Assembly (NCBI RefSeq): GCF_009914755.1
Contig: NC_060930.1
DNA length: 64,000 nt
Reading direction: 5' to 3' (one strand)
DNA from: the human T2T-CHM13v2.0 reference genome, Homo sapiens
The position numbers and the translations under genes are program-made. This document shows positions 26,744-38,029 of the stretch, one piece after another (the stretch's first letter is position 1; each line of letters opens with the position of its first letter). Under the pieces are notes generated by a model. It saw only the letters and a list, made by a program, of their open reading frames with translations, searched no databases and was not told the origin of the DNA.

Positions 26744-27132
26744 TGTGTAGTAAAAATCTACCCGTGCCCCCAAAATGTCTGCTTTTGTCCTCAGGTCCTG
26801 GGAGCGATCTTTATCCTTCTGGGTGCCTTGGGCTTGCTGGATGGTGATGGTGTGACTGAGTGGGGTCTCCAGGCCAGGCAGCAGCAGAAGCCCTGCGGGT
26901 TGTCACACACGGAGGCCAAGGAAGCAGCTCATCCTGGGCCGAGTGTGATGGAAGTGCTGCCTCAGGGCTTCTCCTGGATGCCGCCCCGTGTGCTCTGGCC
27001 CCAGCTTATTTTATCTGTACCCTTGCCCTGTGATAAACTGTCAGCATGTGCACAGCAGCTCTCAGGGAATTCCACAAGTCCATCCAGTGAATCATTGAAG
27101 CTGAGGGTTGTTTCGGAAGCCTGGAACCTGCA
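26744..27132 (+). mobile_element. MER77/MER21-like LTR, internally deleted
   Basis: Starts TGTAGTAAAAATCT...CCTGGGAG; GTTGTCACACA; ends TTATCTGTACCCTT...GATAAACTG...AGTGAATCATTGAAGCTGAGGGT. Confidence 0.65.
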
Positions 27133-27209
27133 TTTGGGGTAGACGTGAGTGTAATGTTGGCAATATGCCCCCCAACTTCGTTGTCTAAACTCTTTGCACC
27201 AGGGTCATG

Positions 27210-27765
27210 TTTTGGAAAAATGAAATCTAATCATTTTTCTGCTCAAAACCCTCCAGTGGCTTCCAGTGTCAAAGTCCTTCCAGCAGCCCACCATGGCCTC
27301 GTTACAAGCCTGTGCCACGCCCTACCTGACAGTTCACGTCTGAGCTTATCTCCTGCCGCCCCATTCCCTGACTCGGCCCCAGGGTCCTCCTGCCAATCCC
27401 TGGCCATGCTGAGCATGTGCCTCCCACAGGGCCTCCTACCTATTCCTCTGCATGGATGCCCTTCCCCTCGTCATCCAAACTGCCTGCCCCTCATATCCTT
27501 ATATGTCCCCTAAAATGTCATCCTGTCCTTGACTCCATGTCCAATAATTCTACATAGATGCCCCCGGTGGGTGCTCCATACCTTTCCTGTTTGCTTTTCT
27601 CCAAACGCTCCTGACTCCACACTCTACGCTGTTGTGCCTGGTGTCCTCCCTTCGCTTGGAGGAGGCAGCTCCTTGAGCTTTGTTCACCACTCAGCCAGCA
27701 GGTGGAATGGGGCCCACAGCAAGCACTCGGGAGCTACGTTCTGAAGGCCTGAGTGCGTGAACGGA
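27210..27765 (+). mobile_element. L2 fragment
   Basis: AAATCTAATCAT..CTGCTCAAAACCCTCCAGTGGCTTCC is the L2 3' signature. Confidence 0.6.
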
Positions 27766-28476
27766 CGGTGCCTCCACTCCACAACACATTGCAGATGGAG
27801 AGAAATAAAACATGAAGAAAAGGCACTGCCTTTAATGAACCTAAAGCCAACCTGGCCAAACACACATGTGCATGCAATAACTGGGAGACGAGAGCTGCCA
27901 TGTGCGATCAGGCCCGCTTGTGATGGAACCCATGCGTTTGGAGATGAGGAGGCTGTGCCCTGGTACCAAGTGGTCTCAAAGTGCTCAGTAAACTCAGAGG
28001 GGGGTCTACTGAAACAGGAAAACAGAAAGTGGATGCATGACTTGAAACGTGAAGGCTGAGGTTGAAAGAGTCACCATGGAAAATGTGACTGGGGGCCAAG
28101 AGGCAGGAGAAAAGCGTCACCAGAATGTGGGGACTGGCCAACGAGGGCAAAGAGCCTGCCACTCAAACAGGCTGCAGCAAACAGAAGCAAAGGCGGCATC
28201 CACTGCCCTAAGACCTTTGAGATGGGAATAAACCAGAGTGTTTTGAGTCTAATTATTCAGAAAAATCAGAGTAATGCCGAATGGCAGAATTTTAAAATAA
28301 TAGTTTTCTACGTCAAAGGAAGGGCACATTGGCTCCCTTTGGAGTAAAGTTTTTAAAAAGTTGCTGAGGTAAACTCAGTGAAAATCCAGACAATGCTTAC
28401 TCCCTGCAAATATGCAAAAGAGCCAGTCTCATCACTCACTTCGTTAGGGAAAGAAAGGAAAAGAATTCCTCACTAG

Positions 28477-28987
<511 letters not shown>

Positions 28988-29779
28988 ACCTCCATTCTGT
29001 GGAGAAAGCGGCTCACGGGAGGTTTTGACGCAGTGATTAGCATCCAGGCGATTATGAGAAACACGCATTTCTGTGCTCTTCTCACGACCTCTGATGACCA
29101 CATTACGCCGAGGCACGAGGGGTTCACCTCGTCATTTTTCATCAGAAGAAAAGGAACATTCCTCCAGGAGCTCAGAGCTTCTCTGGCAGGTAGAAGGCAA
29201 TGTGAACTCAGTCCCGAGTGCAAGCACGATAACGACCTTCTATGAATGGAAAGGGGCATTGTTGCTGCAGAGCAGCTGGAGGGGTGACCAACATGAGAGA
29301 CGCCAAGAGCCAATGTCTGTCCAGCCGTGAGCCAAGGGCAGACTCCGCAGGAGGCCACGGTCACATAGAGCACTCGAAGGGTGACTCCAGGAAAGACAGA
29401 ATGGTGCAGACTTGGGTCAAAAAGGCCATGCGGTGACGCCATTGATCAACAGGACTTGGGTCAGAACGTTTACGGATGTTGAATCCCACTGAATACCCAT
29501 CAATCAAAAATAGCTATTGAAGGTCCACATGATGAAAACCATATGCAGAGGGGAATGGGAGTGCCTTCGGCGGGGTGCTGAGTCCATCCTGCATCAGGTC
29601 AAAGCAGGAGGAGGAGGCGGGGGGGCTGCCACTGACTCACTCACAACCCCATGCAACGCACATCCTGAGTCCTTTCCCTCCTAACAGGCGCGACACCTTC
29701 CTGGGCGGCATGGGGGTGTCACTCCTGCTGGAGGCGCTTCCTCCTACACCTGCTCCAGCATCTGTGAGACCCACCAGAG

Positions 29780-31500
29780 ACCGGCAGCTACTGGCTTTCT
29801 CCTCTCAACTCTAGAAGCGATGCCACGGGAGGATCACTGGCTGCAGGTCCCTCCCATCGCGCCGGACGCTCCCCGCCAGGACCAGATTCACGCGTGGCCA
29901 TCCCCACAGGCCCTGTCGTCTACATGAGGCTGAGACCCAGCAGCTCCTTGTTCTCCAATCTCTCCCATCCCTGGGTTCTCCTCCCCCATCCCGTCCTGTG
30001 TGAACTGCTGAGCTCACAGCTCATCTCTGCTCCACTCCCTCCACGTCTCCAGCTGGAGGAGAAAACCCCACGGCCGGGGATGCTTCTGCGGTTCCGCCCG
30101 GGGCTCCCACCCGCGCTGCAAGGCTGCGAGTTCCCCTCATCAAGCCAGGGCCTTTTCCCGCTGCTGGCGCCAGCGAACTTCCTTAGATTCTCCACGACAC
30201 GTGGCTCTGCGTGTCTCCATCTCTGACGCAGCTGCATTCTCTGAAAGCTGATGCCTGACCTTGGCATCTCCTCAGCACTGCTCAGGCGCAGGCAGCCGCT
30301 GTGCCCTGAGAATATCCTCCAGGCGATCCGGCTTGAGTCCAGCTCAACAAGTGGAAGTCCAGGGACCTCCCGATCTGTGCGCAGGAGGAGGCTGGCAGCG
30401 CCTGGGAAGGTGTCTGGGAACGTGCAGGGAGGCGCCTGGGAATCTGTGGGGAGGTAGCTGGGACCATGGGGAGGTACCTGGGAGCGTGTGGGGAGGCGCC
30501 TGGGAGCGTGTGGGGAGGCGCCTGGGAGTCTGTGGGGAGGCGCCTGGGAGTCTGTGGGGAGGCGCCTGGCAGCGTGTGGGGAGGCGCCTGGGAGCGTGTG
30601 GGGAGGCGCCTGGGAGCGTGTGGGGAGGCGCCTGGGAGTCTGTGGGGAGGCGCCTGGCAGCGTGTGGGGAGGCGCCTGGGAGCGTGTGGGGAGGCGCCTG
30701 GGAGCGTGTGGGGAGGCGCCTGGGAGTCTGTGGGGAGGCGCCTGGGAGTCTGTGGGGAGGCGCCTGGCAGCGTGTGGGGAGGCGCCTGGGAGCGTGGGGG
30801 GAGGCGCCTGGCAGCGTGTGGGGAGGCGCCTGGCAGCGTGTGGGGAGGCGCCTGGCAGCGTGTGGGGAGGCGCCTGGGAGTCTGTGGGGAGGCGCCTGGC
30901 AGCGTGTGGGGAGGCGCCTGGGAGCGTGGGGGGAGGCGCCTGGCAGCGTGTGGGGAGGCGCCTGGGAGCGTGGGGGGAGGCGCCTGGCAGCGTGGGGGGA
31001 GGCGCCTGGCAGCGTGTGGGGAGGCGCCTGGGAGCGTGTGGGGAGGCGCCTGGGAGCGTGTGGGGAGGCGCCTGGCAGCGTGTGGGGAGGCGCCTGGCAG
31101 CGTGTGGGGAGGCGCCTGGCAGCGTGTGGGGAGGCGCCTGGGAGTCTGTGGGGAGGCGCCTGGCAGCGTGTGGGGAGGCGCCTGGCAGCGTGTGGGGAGG
31201 CGCCTGGCAGCGTGTGGGGAGGCGCCTGGCAGCGTGTGGGGAGGCGCCTGGGAGCGTGTGGGGAGGCGCCTGGCAGCGTGTGGGGAGGCGCCTGGGAGTC
31301 TGTGGGGAGGCGCCTGGGAGCGTGTGGGGAGGCGCCTGGGAGTCTGTGGGGAGGCGCCTGGGAGCGTGTGGGGAGGCGCCTGGGAGTCTGTGGGGAGGCG
31401 CCTGGGAGCGTGGGGGGAGGCGCCTGGGAGTCTGTGGGGAGGCGCCTGGCAGCGTGTGGGGAGGCGCCTGGGAGCGTGTGGGGAGGCGCCTGGAGTGCCT
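29780..31500. promoter_or_regulatory. CpG-rich, GC-rich segment (CpG-island-like) including the 22-bp VNTR
   Basis: Visibly dense CpG in unique sequence 29780-30430 and 1-2 CpG per repeat unit; observed/expected ratio not computed. Confidence 0.5.
30428..31495. repeat. G-rich VNTR: 45 exact-length 22-bp units (30490-31479, GGGGAGGCGCCTGG[G/C]AG[CG/TC]TG[T/G]) with degenerate flanking units
   Basis: Units counted directly; constant 22-bp period; five unit variants. Confidence 0.98.
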
Positions 31501-34500
31501 GGGGAAGTGTTTAGGAGTATGTCCGGGAGGTGCCTGGAAGTGTTTGTCTGGGGTGGTGATTTGTTGTGCATTCTTGCAGAGCCCAGCCCAGGCATGGACA
31601 CAGCCCTTTTTCTTTGGGCTCCATACTTGAGGATTCCTCTCGAAAGAGCTCAGAGTGAGGGGTTCATTTTCATAATATCTGGGACAGTGGATGTGTCCAT
31701 TTCCACAGCTCAGCCACACTGCTCCTGAAGACCCAGTCCGTGCTCCCTGCGCCCCTCAGTTTTTCCAGAAACTTTGCTTCCTGCTCTCGGCTTAAAGACA
31801 CCTCGTGCCTCCGCAGGCCCGCCAGCGTGCGCTGATGAGCAAGGGACACACACCCAGGTGCAGCTGATCTGAGCCATTAGAGGAATTAAAACGCCAGCCT
31901 CCCCATCACCTTCACCTGGCAGTTCTTCCAGGACGATGGAAAAACTACTTTTCCTGCCCATCCCCTCTCTTTCCTCACCTTTAAATGGCCAAAATAGCTG
32001 CAGTTTAGGTTAAAATCACTTCGTTGTTATTATGTAACGAGCAAGCAAAGTTCAGCTCAGGAGTTTTGACAAGCCCCTTCTTAACTTTATTAAAGGTTAA
32101 CCGTCTCAAATTTACAGTAAGATATAGACTTATTTTATAAATTATGTCCATCAGAGCTATAAAATTGATATCTGAGCTATTAAAAGAAAAAAGCTGGAAA
32201 CTTCATTTGTCCCTTTACCGTGCCAATTGAGTTCTGCAAGAGCCACTGGAAGCTCGCCGTGACACAGCCACAGTCCACCAGCCTGTGCTTCCTGCAGGCC
32301 ATGCTCTGCTCCAGGATCTGGGTGGGCCCCAGCAGCGAGGAAAATTGGAAACTGTCTTTTTACTGGGTTCCATTGGTGTCACTGTGCTGCACAGTATCTG
32401 CTGAGGCCTCGCCATGCCCAAGCACAGCGCTGAGCATAGGACACAGAGGTGTGAGGGGCCACACCTTCCACACCCACTCAGCACCTGCCTGCTGCCTGCT
32501 GCTTGCCTGCTACATGCTGGGCCTCCTGACGAGGGCAGGGGGCCGACAGAGGAAGTGCAGCCCCACATCATCCGTCCCAGACAAGGGTCGTGGCAGTGCT
32601 GTGGTGGTGGGGGCGGTGGGGGGGGGGTGGCGGTTGCATACCATCCTGACCTTGTTGGATCAGAGGAATAAACAGATGAGGAAGAAATCAGCAGGTGAAT
32701 GGCAGGAGGTACAGCCGCCGGGAAGAGCCCCTGTGGTCTCAGGCCTGAGGCCCTGAGGCTGGAAAGCAGGTGTTGGGTCCCAAAGGCCTTGGAGCAGAGT
32801 CCAGGCTTTGCAGGACTGAGCAGGTGGGGAGGGGGGAAACCGATCATCACCGCTGCAGCACTCTCTGGGAGAGCAAGTGGCTACCTGCGCTCTGAAAGAA
32901 GGGAGCAAAGTAGGTGGATCTGAGAACTATTGGAAGGCAGAGTCAAGTCCCTGGGATTTAGAGTGTGATGACTGGGCTGAGAGACAGGGAGGACCCAGGA
33001 AGACTGAGAATCTCCCTCTGTCCTTAAACCTGTGCACTCTGGGGACATCTAAAAAGTTTCTGACTCAGCGCCTAGGACCGTGGGCCCCCCATCTTAGAAA
33101 CTGAAAGGAATGTTCATCTACCTTTAAGCAAAGGCTTGTGTTTTTAAGTGAAATCATCTCAGATCCAGGAGAGAGGGCTGGGAAGACAGTGTGCAGAGGA
33201 CTTGGGTGAACTCCTGGGTCTCTGGTGTCTTTCCCAGTAATGTCTGCTGTGTCTGCAGAGCAGGAGTTTCTGCTGCTTCTTCTGATCCCAACTCCTTGCG
33301 TCCCTCGAGTCATTTCTATTCTGAATCCCACCTGTGCCCTTCACCCCAGGGCCTGTGTGGAGAAACAAGGGTGTCAAAAATGAATGAGACAGGACAAGGG
33401 GCAGCCCCTGTCTTATTTTGCTTCTTTGGAACAAGTGAAGACAAACAACCACCAAAAAAAAAAAAAAAAACCATTTCCAGGCGAATTCCCTGGATTATTT
33501 TAGCAAACTCCACAGCTTTTGATAAACTTGGGCCGAGCATAAGGAAGCAAAGAGTCGTACATCTTTTTCACATCCTTGCTCCTTTCACAGCAGGCTTTCA
33601 GCGGGAGGGGAGGAGGCGAGGCCCCAGAGGGGTCCCGGAGAAAGCAGAAGAAAGCGGCGTCGACATTTTCTGAAATGCCAAAGGTCCCGTCTCCACTTTC
33701 AATCTCCGCAGTTACAAAACAGAGGGCTGAGTCATCACTCCCATGAAGTCAGGGGAGGGGAGCCATTCAGAAGGCAGTTGTAATTTTTACTTTATCTTTT
33801 ACTAAATATTGAGGATGGAAACCCCCAGCCTTTCCCACATGCATTTTCTCCAGTGGAGAGCTAGAAGACTGGGCCGTCTCTCTTGCCCTGCTTTTTGTCT
33901 TCTCTGAGGTCTTTTGAACTTTCCCCTAAGTGGGCTCAAAAGGGATGATTCAGTCTCCAAGAAGCCCAGCAAGTACTTTCAGAAAAGTTAGGGAAACGTT
34001 TTCAGCCATTTCAGAAAGTTTAGAGTGGTTTTAGTTATGGAATCTTAACACAGTTCTAAATTTGTTATGTATTCATTATCTGTTCTTAAACAGATATATT
34101 TTCCAAAGTGAATGCCACAATTTTCTGTGAACATATTAACGAATGTTTCAGAAAACAAAATTAATTAGTGGTCTAAAGTATTTGGGAAACCACGGGTTAA
34201 ATCAAACAGCTTTCTTAGCTGCTCTGTGGGGGTGGGACGGTGGCGGGGGGGAGGGGGGGGTTCTACTCCTTTGATAGCCGAATCTGCACCACAGAGCTCT
34301 ACAAGGGAGGCACATTTCCCAAAGGCAGCAGAGCCTGCAGTGAAGTGCCTGCTGTGCGGGGAGGGCCCGCCCTCCTATTAAGAGGGGCAGGTGGCTGGCG
34401 TCAGGGTGAGGGTGAGCCCTTGCCTTCACAGAAGATGTCCACGTGGTGGTTCTGGACTAGCCTCTTCCTTTCTCTGAGCCGCTCCTCTTCCCGTGAAGGA

Positions 34501-35329
34501 AGTCTTCGTCCCACTTCTCAAGGCTGCCTTGAGCTCAGAGGAGGATGCCTGGCTTGTAAGGTGCTCTCGGCAGCCACGGTTGTCCTCACTGGAAATGGAG
34601 CTTGCACCACACAGTGAGTGGGGCAGACACAGGCGTCCCAGACAAAACTCCCAGGCAGAAAGCAGAGAGTAGGAAGCAGCATCATTGGTCCCAAGAAATG
34701 ATGGATCTTGCCCTCAGCAGCCCCTCTCCTGCAGCCAGAGGGGAGCGTCCTTCACCCTTGTTTTCCAGCCCCAGGCTCCTCTCTCCCGAGGCTCGTGTTC
34801 TCTGTGGCCGCATCACACGGCGCTGGGCGGCTTTGGCTTTGTCCTGTCCACAGGCCTGAGGACCCAGGGGCACTTTTACACTTCACAGTCACAAGCAGTC
34901 TAGGCTTTACTTGCTGACACAAGCCCTTGACAGCTGCGTGGGCTCCTGGTTGGTTTGCTTCAGCCGCCCCCGTGCCAAGGAGCCCACCGGATGGCTTCTG
35001 TCCTTGACTCCCTTGCACAGGCATTTGTGAAAAGACCACACTCTTCATCTCATGTCTGCAACAAGACTGAGTCCTTTTTTTTTTTTTTTCCCAACTGAGA
35101 AGTCTTAGTTTGTCATTGAAAGACTTTTAAAATTTTATTTCTGATTGTCTGGAATCTAGAAGTGATGAATGAATTCTCCCAACACTTCAAGACCTCACAT
35201 TACTGGACTCTTTCTATTTTCTGTCACTTCTAGTTGGAAACCAGCGAATTCCATCCTGGCCTCCTTTCTTTCTTATCCCGCTTTGCTAAAGCACAAACTA
35301 AACCCAGCACACATGGGAGCAGGCATTTC

Positions 35330-35485
35330 AACTTTGTCGGGCACCACAGTCATCTGAAGGGTTATTAAAACACAGATTTCTGCAACCCACAATTTCTGAC
35401 CTGGGGTCTGAAGTGGGCCCAAAACTTTGCATTTTTAATTTTCCAGGTAACACCGATGCTGCTGGTCTGGGGACTACAGTTGAGG
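35330..35485. mobile_element. MER5A-type hAT-Charlie MITE
   Basis: TTAAAACACAGATT...GGTCTGAAGTGGGCCCAAAACTTTGCATTT...CCAGGTAA..GATGCTGCTGGTCTGGGGACTACAGTTGAG. Confidence 0.8.
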
Positions 35486-36541
35486 TGCCCTGGCCTACGA
35501 GCTGTGGGTTTAGGTGGTAGTGTCCTATTTCCAAGCAATTTCAGATGACAGTTTTACCAGGTATTTGCCACGGTGTGGTATGGGTCCAAACACGTTTTCC
35601 AGATGAGTGATTTCCCTTCGAGTTGTGTTTCCAGGCCAAGGCCCCTCATGTCTCCTGGTTCCACCATCTTCAAGGGCCTCAAGGTCACTGGGCTCATCTG
35701 CTCTGAGCTGCAGAAGGGCACAGGGCATGGGGCTGTGTCTTGGAGGCTTTAGAAGTTGGCCCTAAGAGTGGCACACGTCAAACCCACCATATGTCACGGC
35801 CCAAACTCCATCATGCAGCCACACCAGGTTGCAAGGGAAACTTTGGTTCAGACACAGAGCCTGTTACCTGAAGAAAGAAGGGAGAGCTTGGTGAGCACCC
35901 GCCTACCTGCTACAGGGCAAGGGAAGGCCAGGCAGCCTTTGAACAGGCCCCACAGTGTAGTAGGAGCTTGCAGCTAGGCTAGGGGTATGCTTTGACACAG
36001 GACCAGACGGTCTGGTAGAGAATCAGATGTGTGGTGTGAAAGAAAGGAAGGAGTCAGAAATGAATCCAGCATGTTGGGCTGAACAACAGGAAAGATGCAA
36101 GCTCTGCACAAGTGGCTTCTGTGGCTGTTTTGTCCCTCCTACATCTCCAGCCCCAAGTGCCGGAAACCTAGTAGGCCTCATTATATGTCCTGAATGAGGA
36201 CGAGGGAAGTTCAAATGGAAAGCTGTAGCTTCCACAAGGATGAAGAAGGAAAACAGGAACATCATAACTTGGAAGAAACTTTACCGACACTTTCAAACGA
36301 GGCTCCACTTGTCAGGGCAGATCCCAGCTCATTCTCTGGCACAGAGCTGTCCTCATCTGTAATAGTAATTATAAAGAACCTTGTAAGCTGAAAGTCATTC
36401 AAAGAAACGTAAATGAATCTTTTCTTGTTAGAATTGTGAACCCCATGATTAGCTGGAACAGTTTTTCCCGGTGGGGAGGAAGTTGACTGGAGTTTCTTTA
36501 ACCATGGCATCATACATAGGCGGCCCCTCTCAAGTGCCTAC

Positions 36542-36979
36542 TATGAAGAAATGGATGATATGAATCAGAGTTATCTTGTCCTGCCCATATAAACTATAGT
36601 CAAGAGACCGGGGGTGGGAGCACTCAGGGCACACACTGCTTGCCCAGGGATTCTGTCTGCTGAATGACTTGCTGTCACCTAAGATCAGTTTTACCTGGTA
36701 GCTGCCCAAGTGAACTGCCATGGCTCTAAGGCCAGTGTTACCTGCAACTGTCACTCACCAGTTAGGGCTTGCCAGCTCCCAAAGCCTCACTAGCGCCAAT
36801 AATTTGTTTTTCAAGATAATATATTTATCTTTCTAATAAAACCCTCAAACTTCTCTTTGTGCATTGGATATATCAAAGACTGCCCCAGTCTGTATGTGTG
36901 TCCTAAATTGCAATTCTGATTTTCCAAATAAAACATTTTATTTAGAGGGGTCTCTCTAAATTTTCATTTGACTTTGACA
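36542..36979 (+). mobile_element. 5' LTR of the provirus
   Basis: Shares TGTCACTCACCA..GCTTGCCAGCTCCC..CTAG(C/T)GCCAAT and AATAAAACA..TTTAGAG..ATTTGACTTTGACA with 47005-47528. Confidence 0.88.
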
Positions 36980-36983
36980 TTCT

Positions 36984-37001
36984 TGGTGTCAGAAGTGGGA
37001 T
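36984..37001 (+). other. Primer-binding site complementary to the tRNA-Leu(CAA) 3' end
   Basis: TGGTGTCAGAAGTGGGAT, 4 nt after the LTR-terminal CA; complementary to ...ATCCCACTTCTGACACCA. Confidence 0.85.
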
Positions 37002-38029
37002 CCAAAGCACTCACTTGACACATCAACAGCTGCTGAAACTACAACACGCAGCCCCCACACTTAGGGCTCTTTAGCCCTCTGCTTTCCCAGGTCACCTTTC
37101 TCCTATGTGAGTCTTTCTTGGATGGAGCTCCCATTTTTATATTGATTATTTGGTTTTCTTTGGGATTTAAGATGTGTCTTTTCCCCTCCTGATTATAAGC
37201 CTCCTGTTTATGAGGGATTTTTTTCCCTGTTAAAGGTGGCTTGCCATCCTTCCTGATGAGTATGTACTTTATCTTTAGGTTCATTTGCCCACTTGGATTT
37301 TATTTCAGTTTTTGTGCATTTGATATTAAACTAAATCACCTATATAAATTTGCTTACAATATGGACTGTCAAAGTTTAAATACTTGCCAAGATAGTACCT
37401 CCGTCCTGGGACTCCAGCATGTTCAAACAGTATGAGGATCATTCAAACAATTTATTTTTCTTAGAATTAAAGTAAAAGATTGTGGCTTTATATAAAATAT
37501 ACAATCTAAATAGAACACATTTCTCAACTGGTATCTTAAGGTTCCAAAATGCTTTCAGAACCCAAAGATTGCCTCACTGCAAACTACGGTCTCCGAGTAA
37601 GCTCAGAGTCTTTTCTCTTCAGGGCATTTTCCTCCACTTCCTACACGTCCTCTTTTTTATCCTCCTGTAATCTAAACTTTCTTTTTTTCAAAATTCCTCA
37701 GCTATTCTGGCATATTGACTATTTAAGTGAAGACACTTGAAAAACAGCAGTCACACACACAAACATTTTTAGCATTGCAGTGTTTCTCAAAAGCAAAAGA
37801 GAAAATTGCCATGTAGAAGTAGCCTTCCCTACACTAGAAAGACAATCGTTTTATTTTCAAGGATGAGGAACTGAGACCAAAAACATACTGTAAAACTTTA
37901 TTAGAATAACTCTTATCTTTTAAATCTCCTCACCTAATTCAGACACATTTTCACAGTTAACTATGCTTTGTCCAATCCAGTATACTGGTAACTGACTCAA
38001 ACAGCTTTACCAAAAATTTTGTTCACAGC

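Noticed and set aside
30490-31479. CRISPR-like array (also considered for the 42, 43 and 33 bp arrays)
   Set aside because: Head-to-tail units without unique spacers, no cas genes, primate DNA
30261-31728. 380-440 aa ORFs in several frames
   Set aside because: Artefact of a stop-free 22-bp repeat; all frames give the same cyclic peptide
32215-32923. Overlapping 178-211 aa ORFs on both strands
   Set aside because: GC-rich sequence with few stops; low-complexity peptides with no recognisable homology
36984-37003. tRNA gene
   Set aside because: Only the 18-nt complement of a tRNA 3' end, i.e. the retroviral PBS
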